A DNA stretch of 64,000 nt from Mobula birostris (lineage: Eukaryota), in assembly GCF_030028105.1 (NCBI RefSeq), contig NC_092383.1, positions 87,005,921-87,069,920 of the forward strand, given 5' to 3'. Within the stretch, counting starts at the first letter, position 1. Each line of letters begins with the position of its first letter. Of this stretch, positions 24,901 through 37,425 are shown piece after piece. The notes below the pieces were generated by a model that made no database searches, was not told the origin of the DNA, and saw only the letters and a list, made by a program, of their open reading frames with translations. The position numbers and the translations under genes are program-made.

Positions 24901-25600
24901 GAAGTGGTCAGAACAATTTAGTTACATGTAGCATCCATTGGCACTTCTCTATATTTTGTTTGGTAAGATAAATAAAGAAGACTGAAGTTCTCACCACATC
25001 CTTTGCTGAAGTTGAACATTACACAGATGACCGGAGTAACTGATGCAATACAATCAGCACTCATAGCATACAATATACAGAATTTAAGCAGATAAACATT
25101 AACCGCTAATATATTGCACTGTTTTCTCCTAAAACAACTGTAAAAAGAACCCAAAGTAACAAAACCTCTCTGTGTACACAGAATTATGTTATCATTTATC
25201 CATTTATAAACAATGTGAAATTAAGTGTTTATAAGTAAATGCAAAGTCAGCAAGCCAATTAAGAACTGTAGCAAGTTCTCTGTGATGCTTGGAACAAACT
25301 ACATGAAAATTTTCTTGTACCACTTCTCAACAGTGTACTTAAGCAAATTGATGCAGATTTAAAGGCAACGTGTTCTCATACCCAATATTGAATTTATTTA
25401 GTTTTTTACTATTTCTGCTCTTTATAGAATTTTTTTGATATTTAGGAACTTCTCCTTTCATTATTTTTGAAAGCATCTTCATCTTACAGCATTATTTTAC
25501 ATGTGCTAAAGACGTTTACACAGCACTGTATATAAACCCTATCTTCCCACACATGGCCCAAAGCCTTCTATGTAGATGTCACTGAAGATGTCATTCTGTA
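21950..25600 (+). repeat. Tandem unit copy C
   Basis: Same landmark order: gaacccagtttcagg (21960), cattcattactcagggatg (22963), cagtcactgtac (23660), gcagtaacaccagag (24020), cttttcttcaccaaatt (24748). Confidence 0.85.
25280..25530 (+). mobile_element. Tc1/mariner 3' end remnant (paralog at about 33420-33668)
   Basis: ttaaaggcaa...aatattga motif and terminal ...acacagcactgTA resembling a Tc1 TIR. Confidence 0.65.
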
Positions 25601-25991
25601 CCTCACAAGCACTGAATTGACTCTGTTTCCACAACTCCCTGGGTAAAAATAATTCATTCAAATCCCTTCCAAATCTATGTCATCTCTGACAATCTATGTC
25701 ACCTCTAATCATCTCTCAGAATGGGAAAGTTTCTTGTCGTCCATCCAACCTGTACATGTCATAATATTACACCCCTCAATCATATCCACTCTTAACCCCT
25801 TATGCTCCAAGAAGAGCAAGTCCTAGTTTCTTCTTATCATGTTTATTCTTAGAATATTAGATTCATTTTCTACACCGAAAGGATTGTCATGCTGTATTCT
25901 CCATGACTGCTCCATCATTAATCTCATCCCATACTCTGAAATGTGTTATGCTTGTGTATTTGCCAAACCCCAAGATACTGCTTCCCCTTGC

Positions 25992-26295
25992 TGTGATATT
26001 CACTGATGTACACTGTCCTGAGTTATTCATTACGGACTGTGCTTTTAAAAAGAGAGAGAGAGCGTGCAGTTGTACAGCACAAACAACTTGTTATTGAGAG
26101 AGAGGTGAAGACTGCTCACAGTTTGTTTGGGAATTCTGCAAGGACACTGCCAGCTTCTGAGTTCCTACAGAGAGAGAAGGGAGCAGCTACTTGCGTAGTT
26201 ACTAATAAAACAGTGTTAGTTAACAGCAGTACCAGACTCCAAGGTGTTTTCCATTTCTACTGTTTCTTTAACCCGTCACGGGATACGTGACAACA
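25992..26295 (+). mobile_element. Solo LTR-like sequence
   Basis: TG...CA ends and an AATAAA in the 3' third; no TSD confirmed. Confidence 0.4.
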
Positions 26296-26779
26296 CTGAA
26301 TCACAGATTGCTGCTACAGCAATTAGCAGAATGTAACAAGCTGTTGGTTTGACCAAAGGTTCAATGAAAAAAATGTATCATTTGCAGATGACACTCAGAC
26401 ACGTAGCTTTTCAGACAGGAAACAGAATTTTGAAGAACTACACAGGATCTTGATCAGCTGGCTATTTGGTCTGTGGAATAGCAAAAAGAGTTCAGTTCAG
26501 ATATGTGCTGAGTTTTCCATTTCCAAAATCAAATCAAGTAAGACTTTCACAGAGCTTGGTCAGGCCCTTGGAAGTGTTAAAGAACGATGGGATCTTTGAA
26601 TTCAGGTACAGTACATGATTCCTGGAAAGTGTAGTCAGAGGTAGAAAGGGTAGTAAAAAAGACTTTAGGCATCAGTCAGAACAGAGAAGTTGGAATGTGA
26701 TGTTTCAGTTGTACAAGACAATTGGTGAGATGACACCTGGAGTATTGTGTTCAGTTTTGGTACTCTGCTAAAGAAGAGA

Positions 26780-27355
26780 TAACACCATAAGTCCATAAGA
26801 CATAGGGGCAGAATTAGGCCATTCGGCTCATCGAGTCTGCTTTGCCATTCCATCATGGCTGATCCCAGATCCCACTCAACCCCATACACCTGCCTTCTCA
26901 CCATATCCTTTGATGCACTGACCGATCAGGAACCTCTCAAAATCCGCCTTAAGTATACCCACGGATTTGGCCTCCACGGCTGTCTGTGGCAGCAAATTCC
27001 GCAGATTCACGACTCTCTAGGTAAAAGGAATTCCTCCTTACCTCTGTTCTAAAAGGACAACCCTCGATTTTGAGGTTATGCCCTTGAGTTATAGATAACC
27101 CCACCATAGCAAACACCCTCTCCACATCCACCCTATCTAGTCCCTTCGACATTCGGTAGGTTTCAATGAGAGCCCCATGCATTGTTTTAAGATCCATTGA
27201 CTACAGGTCCAACCTGCAAAATGCTTCTCATATATTAACCCCTTCATTCCCAGAATCATTCTTGAGAAACTGCTCTGGTCTGTCTCCAATGACAACACAT
27301 CCTTTCTGGGATATGGGCTCGAAATTGTTGATATACACTAGGTGCGGCGTGACCA
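26780..27355 (-). mobile_element. CR1 3' fragment
   Basis: LIETYRMSKGLDRVDVER...GHNLKIEG motif; tail ccataagtccataag. Confidence 0.8.
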
Positions 27356-28104
27356 GTGTAATATTTGAATAATATTGTAAATATTGATTATGCATTCTTG
27401 TTTGTTGCAATAATTCATTACGGTTTATAAATAAAAGACGTGAATTGCATATTTCAGGACACTACCACATGATATGTGCACACCTCACTTAAATTAAAAA
27501 TACAAACTAAGATTTACATTTCTTAGCTCTCCTTTATTCCGTTGAAGTTCTTTACAGTTTGGAGCCACGAAACATAACAGGGACCTTCCATCGAACCCAG
27601 TTTCAGGTCAGGGACCACTCCTCAGATCTGGGTTCAAAGTGGAAGAGTGTCAGTTTAGAAAGCAGATCTGGTGGGAGGAGTGACGTGTAGGATAAAAGAC
27701 TGTAGAGTTCATTCCCAAGTTGAGAATTCCTGACGTGTAGACCCTTCTACATATGAACAAGAATGAGCCACAAGGTAACATTAGAGCTCTATAAAACTCT
27801 GCTTCGATCACACTTGGAGAATTTAGTTCAGTTCTGTTTGTCTCATCATTAGAAGGTTGTGGAAGCTTTAGAGAGGGTGCAGAGGAGGTTTACCAAGATG
27901 CTGCCTGGATCAGAGAACATCTTACGAGGAAAAGTAAATGTTGAGTGGGCCAGTGATTTTCTCTTTGGAGCAAAGGAGGGTGAGAGGTAACTTGGTAGAG
28001 TGCTGTTGAAGAGGTGTATAAGGCATAGATTGAGTGGACAGCCAGCACTTCTTTCACATGGTGACAATGACCAATACCAGAGGACATTCATTTAAGGTGA
28101 GAGG

Positions 28105-28790
28105 AGGGAAGTTTAGACATAGAACGTAGAAAACCTACAGCACAATACAGGCCCTTCGGCCCACAATGCTGTGCCGAACATGTATGTGTTTTAGAAATTA
28201 CCGAGAGTTACCCATAGCCCTCTATTTTTCTAAGCTCCATTTACCTATCCAGGAGTCTCTTAGAAGACCCTATTATAACTCCCTGCACCAGCGTTGCTGG
28301 CAGCCCATTCCACGCATTCAGGACTCTGCGTAAAAAACTTACCCTGACAGCTCCTCTGTACCTATTTCCAAGTCCCGTCAAACTGTGCCCTCTCATGTTA
28401 ACTATTTCAGCCCTGGGAAAAAGTCTCTGATAATTCACATGATTAATGCCACTCATCATCTTATACACCTCTGTCAGGTCATCTCTCATCCTCCGCCGCT
28501 CCAAGGAGAAAAGGCTAAGTTCACTCAACCTATTCTCATAAGGCATGCTCCCCAATCCAGGCAGCATCCTTGTAAAACTCCTCTGCACCCTTTCTATAGT
28601 TTCCACATCCTTCCTGTAGTGAGGTGACCAGAACTGAGCACAATACTCCAAGTGGGGTCTGACCAGGGTCCTATTTAGCTGTAACATTACCCCTCAGCTC
28701 TCCAACTCAGTCCCATGGTTGATGAAGGCCAATGAACCATATGCCTTCTGAATCAGAGTCAACCTGTGCAGCAGCTTTGAGTGTCCTATG
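28105..28790 (-). mobile_element. CR1 3' fragment nested in an older + strand CR1
   Basis: ORF 28241-28687; tail catagaacgtagaaaa. Confidence 0.85.
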
Positions 28791-29569
28791 TCCTAGGGGA
28801 GATGTAAGATGCAAGTTTTTTTAGACAGAGTGTGCTGAGTTGTGGGATGCACTCCTGGCATGGTGTCAGAGGCTGATACAGTCTGGACATTTAGAGGTTC
28901 TTAGATTGGCACATACATTTATGTATGTAAACAGACTGTTACAGGCTTTGTAGGATGGAAGGATTAGATTGATCATGGAGTACAGATTGGCACAACATTG
29001 TGGGCCGAAAGCCCCAAACTGTGCTGTACAGTTCTATGTCCCTACAAATAGCAGAACTGCTTTGCCTTCTCTCCACTTTTCAGAATAACTCCTTTGTTCC
29101 AGTTTTAAATGTACTTGATGCCTACCATTACAATACCATGAAGGTATGGATAACATATTCAATGATAATGGTGTGTTTTCTGCTTTAAGGGCAATAGTGA
29201 TGAAGAGGTCTCTGTAAAAACAGACCCATTCATTACTCAGGGATGCTCTGTATGGAGATTGGTTTAGAGTGATCTGTTCAGTAGATAGGTAAAGCTCAGC
29301 CTATGAGCACATCTACAAAGGAATACTATTACAAGAGGGCAGAATCCATCATAAAGGACCAACATCATCCAAGCATGCTCTCTTCTCGCTGCTGCCATCG
29401 GGAAGGACGTACTGGAGCCTCAAGTCTCAAACCATCAGGTTCAGGAACAGTGCAGCCATCAGGCTCCTGAACCTGGGTGGATAACCTCAGGCACCCCAAC
29501 ACTGAAATGATCACTGAACACAACCGATGGACTCACCTTCAAGGACTCTACAACTCCTGTTCTCAGTAT

Positions 29570-30915
29570 AATATCTGGCCAATTAGCAGTGGCTGGGAAA
29601 GTGCTGGAGTCAATTATTAGGGATGATGTTTTGACATATTTGGAGACTAATGATAAAATAAGTCAAACAGCACGGTTTCTGTGAAGGAAACTCTTGCCTG
29701 ACAAGGTTTCTGTGAGGGTGGACAGAGGAGAGGCAGTGAATGTCATTTATTTGGATTTTCAGAGAGCATTTGATAAGATGCCACACGTGAGGCTGATTAA
29801 CAAGGTAAAACCCTGTGGCGTTACAGTTAAGATGCTGGCATGGCTAGCTAAATGGCTGACAGGCAGGAGGCAGCAAGTGTGAATAAAAGGGGGCTTTTCT
29901 GGTTGGCTGCCGGTGACTCGTGGTGTTTTTCAGGGGTCAGTATTGGGACCACTGCTGTTCACATTGTTTATCATCAATGATTTAGATAATGCAATTGCTG
30001 GCTTTGTATGTGGATGGTATGAAGATAGGTGGAGGGGAAGGTTGTGCTGAAGAAGCAACGTGATTACAGCAGGACTCAGACAAATAGGAAGAATGGGGAA
30101 AACAATGGCAAGTGGAATGCAAAGTTAGGAAATGTATGATAATGCATTTTGGAAAAGTAACAATATGGCACACTACTATCTAAATGGGGAGAAGTTTCAA
30201 ACATCAGAGGGGCTAAGGAGTCCTTATGCAAGACTCCCAGAAGGTTAATTTACAGGTTGAGTCTGTGGTAAAGAAGGAAAATGCAATGTTGACATTTATA
30301 TCCAGGGGATTCGAATATAAAAGCAAGGAGATAATGCGGAGCCTTTAGTCGGGTCACACTTCAGGTATTGTTAACAGCTTGGGTCCCATATCTCAGAAAG
30401 TATGTGTTGTCATTGGAGAGAGTCCAGAGGTGGTTCACAAGGATGATTTCGGGAATGAAGGGGTTAACAGAGGAGAAGTGTTTGGCCGCTTTGCACCTGT
30501 ACTCACTGGAATTCAGAAGAATGTGTGGGGATCTCATTGAAACCAATCGAATGCTAAAAAGGACGAAGGGTGGAAGAGGAAAGGATATTTCCCATGGGGT
30601 GGGTGTAACCATACGTAGAGGGCACAGCCTCAAAACTGAGGTGTGACTCTTTAGGTCAGACGTAAGGAAGAGTTTTTTTTAGCCAGAGAGCAGTTAATCT
30701 GTGGAATGCTCTGCCACAGACTGTGGTGGAAGCAAATTCATGGTTATATTTAAGGTGGAAGTTGAGAGCTTCCTGACTGGTCAGGGCATGAAAGGATTTG
30801 GCAAGAAGGCAGGTGTGTGGGGTTGGGTGGGATATGGGATCCGGGATCAACCATGATGGAATGGTGGAGCAGACTCGATTAACTGAAAGGCTCCTTTGAC
30901 TTATCGTCTTTTGGT
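29570..30915 (+). mobile_element. 5'-truncated CR1, shared with copy A
   Basis: RT motifs; 5' junction ttctcagtataatatctggccaattag identical to 8613-8639. Confidence 0.85.
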
Positions 30916-32191
30916 CCGACATATATTTATTTATTTACTGTATTTGCGCAGTTTGTCTTTCTCTATACGTCATTTGTTTATCCATATTTGTGTGTCCTCT
31001 TTCATTGAATCTGTTGTATTTCTTGGTCCTACTATGAATGCCTGCAAGAAAATGAATGTCAGGGTAAGATAGATATGGTCACATTAGCATATTTTGATAA
31101 TAAATTTACAATGTATATTTTGAAATTTGATAATGTGCATGATCACTGACCTTTCATAACACATTTTACAGAAATGGAATGAGAAAGAGACACAGCATGA
31201 ACATTTCCAGTCACTGTACAAAGGTGTTAAAGGAGAGTGAGCTATGGAAATAAAAGTTGGGTGCTGACTAAAATGAGTGAGATGCAAATTATAGCAGCTT
31301 GCATTGTTCATCAGGGTGTGAATCTGCAAATAGAAGGTGTAACTTTTCTCAGTACTGATCTGTGACTGTGACCCATGAATGTACAATAAGGGGTCTTGAA
31401 AATGAGAGAAGTGAACCGCACTTTATGTACCATACTTTGATAATCAACTTAAATTGAATTTTGAACTTTGAAATGCCTCACTGACAAGGAAGAATATGAC
31501 ACAATAAGGGAGGAAAACATTTTAAGATCCCACCATAGTATTTACGGGTATGCACAGGATTGGGATTAGGATTTAACACAATGGCTAAATGGCCTCTTCA
31601 CCTGCTGTGTGAGGAGGTGAAGCAGTAACAGCAGACTCTGTTTGGAGTTTGTTACATCTTCAAGTCAGTGTTACCTGAAGGCTGAATTGATTATCTGGAG
31701 GTACACTGGTCAGATTTGCAAATCTCAACATGTTAATCCTGAGCTCCTTAATGGTCTGAGAGAACAAACTTGCTTTGTTTTTTCTGCTGCAAAAAAGACA
31801 TTTCACATCAGAAGACAATGAAAGTAGTCTGATTCTGAAAGTACTCTGTCCCTTTCCAAGAACATCCCAAAGCAAATCACAAAGGAGATGCTTGGAATTT
31901 GTATTCTTTTTACTTCTCTTACAAAACAGAATTTAGGGAAGAGCTGATGGATGCCTCATGTAAACAAATTGTACCAACCTCTTCCTGCATTATTCTATCT
32001 CTTAAGACAATAGACCAGAAGACCGTAAAACAAAATGACATAGGAGTAGTATTAGGCCATTCAGCCCATTCAGTCTGCTCTGCCATTCTATAATGGCTGT
32101 TTTATTACCACCCTCAACCACATTCAGCTCGTAACTTTTGACACCCTTACGAATCAAAAACCTATCAAACTCCATTTCAAATATATGCAAT

Positions 32192-32420
32192 TGTGGTAAA
32201 CCATGTATCTATGTTGTAACTCGGTTGCCTGTCTGGACACACCCCTCTGTTGACTGCCCCTGTGGCTCCTCCCACAGAGTCCTGTATAAAGGTGTTCGCC
32301 TTGCCCCTCCCCCTCAGTGTGGGGGCAGACACGCACTCTGGAGGTCGTATTGTACAGCGAATAAAAGCCTTTCAGTATTTTACCAAACCTCAGTCTTTTG
32401 GAGTAATTGAAGGTGCTTCA
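32192..32420 (+). mobile_element. 229-bp solo LTR
   Basis: TGTGGT...GCTTCA ends, TATAAA box, AATAAA, 5-bp TSD GCAAT (32187-32191 and 32421-32425); absent from paralogous copies. Confidence 0.85.
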
Positions 32421-33683
32421 GCAATGACTTGGCCTCCACAGCTGTCTGTGGCAATGAATTCCACAGATTCAGCATCCTCTGGCTAAATTAATTCTTTCTC
32501 ACCCTTGTTATAAAGGGATGTCTTTTATTCTGAGGCTTTGCCCTCTGCTCTGAAACACCAATATTTCAGGGAACATCCTAACCACATACATGCCATCCAG
32601 GTTTTGGGCCTTCACTATTGACAACTCCCCTCATTCTTCTAAACTCCAGTGAGTACAAGCCCAGACCATCAAACACTCCTCATACATTGACCCTTTCACT
32701 CCTGGGAACCTCTCCAATTATAGCACATCCTTTAATACATAAGAGGCCTAAAATTGTTCACTCTATTCCAAGTGTGGTCTGACTAATGCCTTATAAAGCT
32801 TCAGTTCTTAGATATCATCTCAATAACCAAATGGAAAACATTTTAATATCCCACCATTGTATTTACAGTTATGCACAGGACTGGGATTAGCATTAAAAAC
32901 AATCATAAAAGGCCTTTTCACTTTTCTTCACCAAATTGTTATTGTTGTTCAGTGATCTCTTTGCTGAAACAAAACTGCTTTGCTGAATATGTTTTGTATC
33001 TCTGCACATTTTCTCATCGGCATACTGCACCATGGTTGTTGAGAAGTTTTCAAGAATTGATGGCGCAATGCAGGAACGACTGGAGCAATGGGTCAATGTG
33101 TAGCATCCATTGTAACTTCTCTATATTCTGTTTGGTAGGACAAGTAAAGAACAGAGATGCGGAGAAATCACTTCAGTCAGAGGGTGGTAAATCTGTGTAA
33201 ATTGTTGCCACAAGTGGCTGTGGAGGCCAAGTCATTGGGTGTATTTAAGGCAGAGATAGATAGGTTCTTGATTAGCCAGGGCATCAAAGGGTATGGGGTG
33301 AAATCAGGGGAGAGGGCATGATTGGAAAAATTGGATCAGCCCATTATTGAATGGTGGAGCAGACTTGATGGGCCAAATGGCCTACTTCTGCTCCTATATC
33401 TTATGGTTTTATGGTCTTGAGATGCTTGGAACAACCAACCAGACAATTTTCTTATACAACCTCACGACAGTGTACCTAAGAGTATAGATGCAGTTTTAAA
33501 GGCAAAGTGTAGTCACACTTAATATTGATTTGATTTAGCTTTTTGCTATTTGCTGCTCTTTATAGCATATTTTTTGATATTTAAAAACTTTTCACTTCAT
33601 TATTTTTGAAAGCATCTTCATTATACAGAATTATTCTACATGTGCTGAAGATTTTTGCAGATTGCTGTATGTAAACTCAATCT

Positions 33684-36575
33684 TAGACCATAAGACCATA
33701 AGACAAAGGAGCAGAAGTAGGCCATTCGGCCCATCAAGTCTGCTCCGCCATTTTATCATGAGCTGATCCATTTTCTCCTATTTAGTCCCACTCCCCCGCC
33801 TTCTCACCATAACCTTTGATGCCCTGGCTACTCAGATACCTATCAATCTCTGCCTTAAATACACCCAATGACTTGGCCTCCACTGCTGCCCGTGGCAACA
33901 AATTCCATAGATTCACCACCCTCTGGCTAAAAAAATTTCTTCACATCTCTGTTCTGAATGGGCACCCTTCAATCCTTAAGTCATGCCCTCTCGTACTAGA
34001 CTCCCCCATCATGGGAAAAAACTTTGCCACATCCGCTCTGTCCATGCCTCTTAATATTCGAAATGTTTCTATGAGGTCTCCCCTCATTCTTCTAAACTCC
34101 AAGGAATACAGTCCAAGAGCGGACAAACGTTCCTCATATGTTAACCCTCTCATTCCCAGAATCATTCTAGTGAATCTTCTCTGTACCCTCTCCAACGTCA
34201 GCACATCCTTTCTTAAATAAGGAGACCAAAACTGCCCACAGTACTCCAAGTGAGGTCTCACCAGTGCATTATAGAGCCTCAACATCACATCCCTGCTCCT
34301 ATACTCTATTCCTCTAGAAATGAATGCCAACATTGCATTTGCCTTCTTCACTACTGACTCAACCTGGAGGTTAACTTTAAGGGTATCCTGTACGAGGACT
34401 CCCAAGTCCCGTTGCATCTCAGAACTTTGAATTCTTTCTCCATTTAAATAATAGTCTGCCCGTTTATTTTTTCTGCCAAAGTGCATAACCATACACTTTC
34501 CAACATTGTACTTCATTTGCCACTTCTCTGCCCATTCTTCCAATCTATCCAAGTCTCTCTGCAGACTCCGTTTCCTCAGCACTACCGGCCCCTCCACCTA
34601 TCTTTGTATCGTCAGCAAACTTAGCCACAAAGCCATCTATTCCATAATCTAAATCGTTGATGTACAATGTAAAAAGAAGCAGCCCCAACACTGATCCCTG
34701 CGGAATACCACTGGTAACCGGCAGCCAACCAGAATAGGATCCCTTTATTCCCACTCTCTGTTTCCTGCTAATCAGCCAACGCTCTATCCACGTATGTAGC
34801 TTTCCCATAATTCCATGGGCTCTTATCTTGTTAAGTAGCCTCATGTGTGGCACCTTGTCAAAGGCCTTCTGAAAATCCAAATATACAACATCCACTGCAT
34901 CTCCTTTCTCTAGCCTGCTGGTAATTTCCTCAAAAAATTGTAATAGGTCTGTCAGGCAGGATTTTCCTTTAAGGAATCCATGCTGAGTTCTGCCTATCTT
35001 ATCATATGCCTCCAGGTACTCTATAACCTCATCCATGACAATCGACTCCAACAACTTCCCAACCACCGATGTCAAGCTAACAGGTCTATAATTTCCTTTT
35101 TGCTTCCTTGCCCCCTTCTTAAATAGCAGAGTGACATTTGCAATCTTCCAGTCCTCCGGAACCATGCCAGAATCTATCGACTTTCGAAAGATCATCGCTA
35201 ATGCCTCCGCAATCTCCACAGCTACTTCCTTCAGAACAGAAGGTTGCATTCCATCTGGTCCAGGAGATTTATCTACCTTTAGCCTATTCAGCTTCTTGAG
35301 TACGTTCTCTGTCATAGTTGTGACTGTGCACACTTCTCTTCCCTGTCACCCTTGAGTGTCCGGTATACTGCTGATGTCTTCCTCAGTGAAGACTGATGCA
35401 AAATACTCGTTCGGTTCCTCTGCCATCTGCTTATCTCCCATTACAATTTCTCCAGCATCATTTTCTATCGGTCCTATATCTACTGTCACCTGTCGTTTAC
35501 TCTTTAAATACTTGAAAAAGCTTTTAGTATGCTCTTTGATATTATTTGCTAGCTTCCTTTCATAGTTAATCATTTCTCTCTTAATGACCTTCTTGGTTTC
35601 CTTTTGTAAGCTTTTAAAAACTTCTCAATACTCTGTCTTCCCACTAATTTTTGCTCCCTTGTATGCCCTCTCCTTTGCTTTAACTTTGGCTTTGACTTCT
35701 CTTGTCAACCACGGTTGCATCCTTTTTCAACTCGAAAATTTCTTCTTTTTTGGAATATACCTGTCTTGCACATTCCTCATTTCTCGCATAAACCCCAGCC
35801 ACTGCTGCTCTGCTGTTTGTCCCGCCAGTGTCCCTTTCCAGTCAACTTTGGCCAGTTACTCTCTCATGCCACTGTAATTTCCTTTACTCCGCTGAAATAC
35901 CGACACATCAGATTTCGGCTTCTCTTTTTCTAATTTCACAGGGAACTCAATCATGTTATGATCACTGTCTCCTAAGGGTTCCTTCACCTCAATCTCTCCA
36001 ATCATCTCCGGTTCATTACACAATACCCAATCCAGTACAGCCGATCCCCTAGTAGGCTCAACAACAAGCTGTTCTAAAAAGCCATCTCGCAGACATTCTA
36101 CAAATTCTCTCTCTTGAGATCCAGTGCTGACCTGATTTTCCCAATCCACTCGCATGTTAAAACCCCCCACAATTATCATAACACTGTCCTTCTGACAAGC
36201 CTTTTCTATTTCCAGTTGTAATTTGTGGTCCACATCCCTGCAGCTGTTTGGAGGCCTATAAATAACTGCCATCAGGGTCCTTTTACCCCTGCTATTTCTT
36301 AGCTGAGCCCATAAAAATTCTGCACCTTCCGATCCGTTATCACCTCTTTCTAATGATTTAATATAATTTCTTACCAATAAAGCCACGCCTCCCCCTCTGC
36401 CTACCTTCCTGTCCTTCCGATACACCGTGTATCCTTGGACGTTCAGCTCCCAGAGACATGCATCCTTTAGCCAGGTCTCAGTGATGGCCACAATATCATA
36501 CCTGCCAATCTGTAGCTGTACAACAAGATCATCCACCTTATTCCTTATGCTGCATGCATTTAAGTACAACACATT
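33684..36575 (-). mobile_element. CR1 with nearly complete, frameshifted ORF2 (APE endonuclease + RT)
   Basis: LYLNACSIRNK...ITETWL...YRPP...DHNMI endonuclease (35856-36587), RT (34545-35333, 33941-34597), (GACCATAA)n tail; empty site in copy C at about 25543. Confidence 0.92.
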
Positions 36576-36851
36576 CTTCCAGCACAATGGCCCAAAGCTT
36601 TCTATGAAGACGTGACTGAAGGGCTACACACTATAACAGGGACCTTTCATTGAATCCAGTTTCAGGTCAGGGACCCCTCCTTAAATCTGGGTTAAAAGTG
36701 GAAGAGTGTCAGTGTAGAAAGCAGATCTGGTGGGAGATGTGATATGTAAGATAAAAGACTATACAGTTCATTCCCAGGTTTTGAATTCCTGACTTGTGTT
36801 CGACATATGAACAAACCTCTGTAATGTTACTTAATTTAAAAGTCCAGTGTA

Positions 36852-37242
36852 CAATACTGTGCAAAAGTTTTAGGCACACAAGAGTTTTTATATGGTTTCA
36901 GATGGTATGACCTCCACAGAGCCATGATCTCAACATCACTGCGGCTGTCTGGGATTACCTGGAGAATCAGAAGCAAGTGTGGCAGCCAAAGTCTGGAGAA
37001 GAACTGTGGCAACCTACCAGACAATTTTCTTATAAAACTACACACTAATGCACCTAAGAGAATTGTTGCAGTTTTAAAGACAAAGGATCATCACACCAAA
37101 TATTGATTTGATTTTTTATTACTACTTACTGCTCTTTACAGTAAATATTTGATATTTATAAACTTCACATTTCATTATTTTTGATAGCATCTCTACTTTA
37201 CAGAATATTTTTACATACGCCTACAACTTTTGCACAGTTCCA
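36852..37242. mobile_element. Tc1-type non-autonomous element
   Basis: TIRs caatactgtgcaaaagttttaggca / cgcctacaacttttgcacagtt flanked by TA. Confidence 0.8.
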
Positions 37243-37425
37243 TATGTACATAAGTTTGCATATGACGCAAAGTTTGTTGGTGCTGTGGATGGTGCAGAGC
37301 CTTTACAACAGGGTTAAGACAGGATGCAGTGCTGGGTGGAGAAGTGGTCGATGGAGCTTAACACTGAAAAATATGAAATGACACACTTTTTATGATCAAA
37401 CTTGAAGGCAGAATACAAGGTTAAT

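Larger units (their letters stand above)
27575..36630 (+). repeat. Tandem unit copy A'
   Basis: Same landmarks at about 27595, 29228, 31190, 31622 and 32920; expanded by private CR1 and LTR insertions. Confidence 0.85.

Noticed and set aside
27357-27578. Solo LTR (TGTAAT...ATAACA)
   Set aside because: No TSD, and its right end overlaps the start of a duplicated landmark block, so the boundaries are unverifiable.
32893-33096. Similar minus-strand ORFs ILENFSTT...NNNNN...KKSEK here and at 43333-43575
   Set aside because: Differences between copies are mostly non-synonymous in this frame and the copy at about 24800 has a stop; similarity reflects DNA duplication, not protein constraint.
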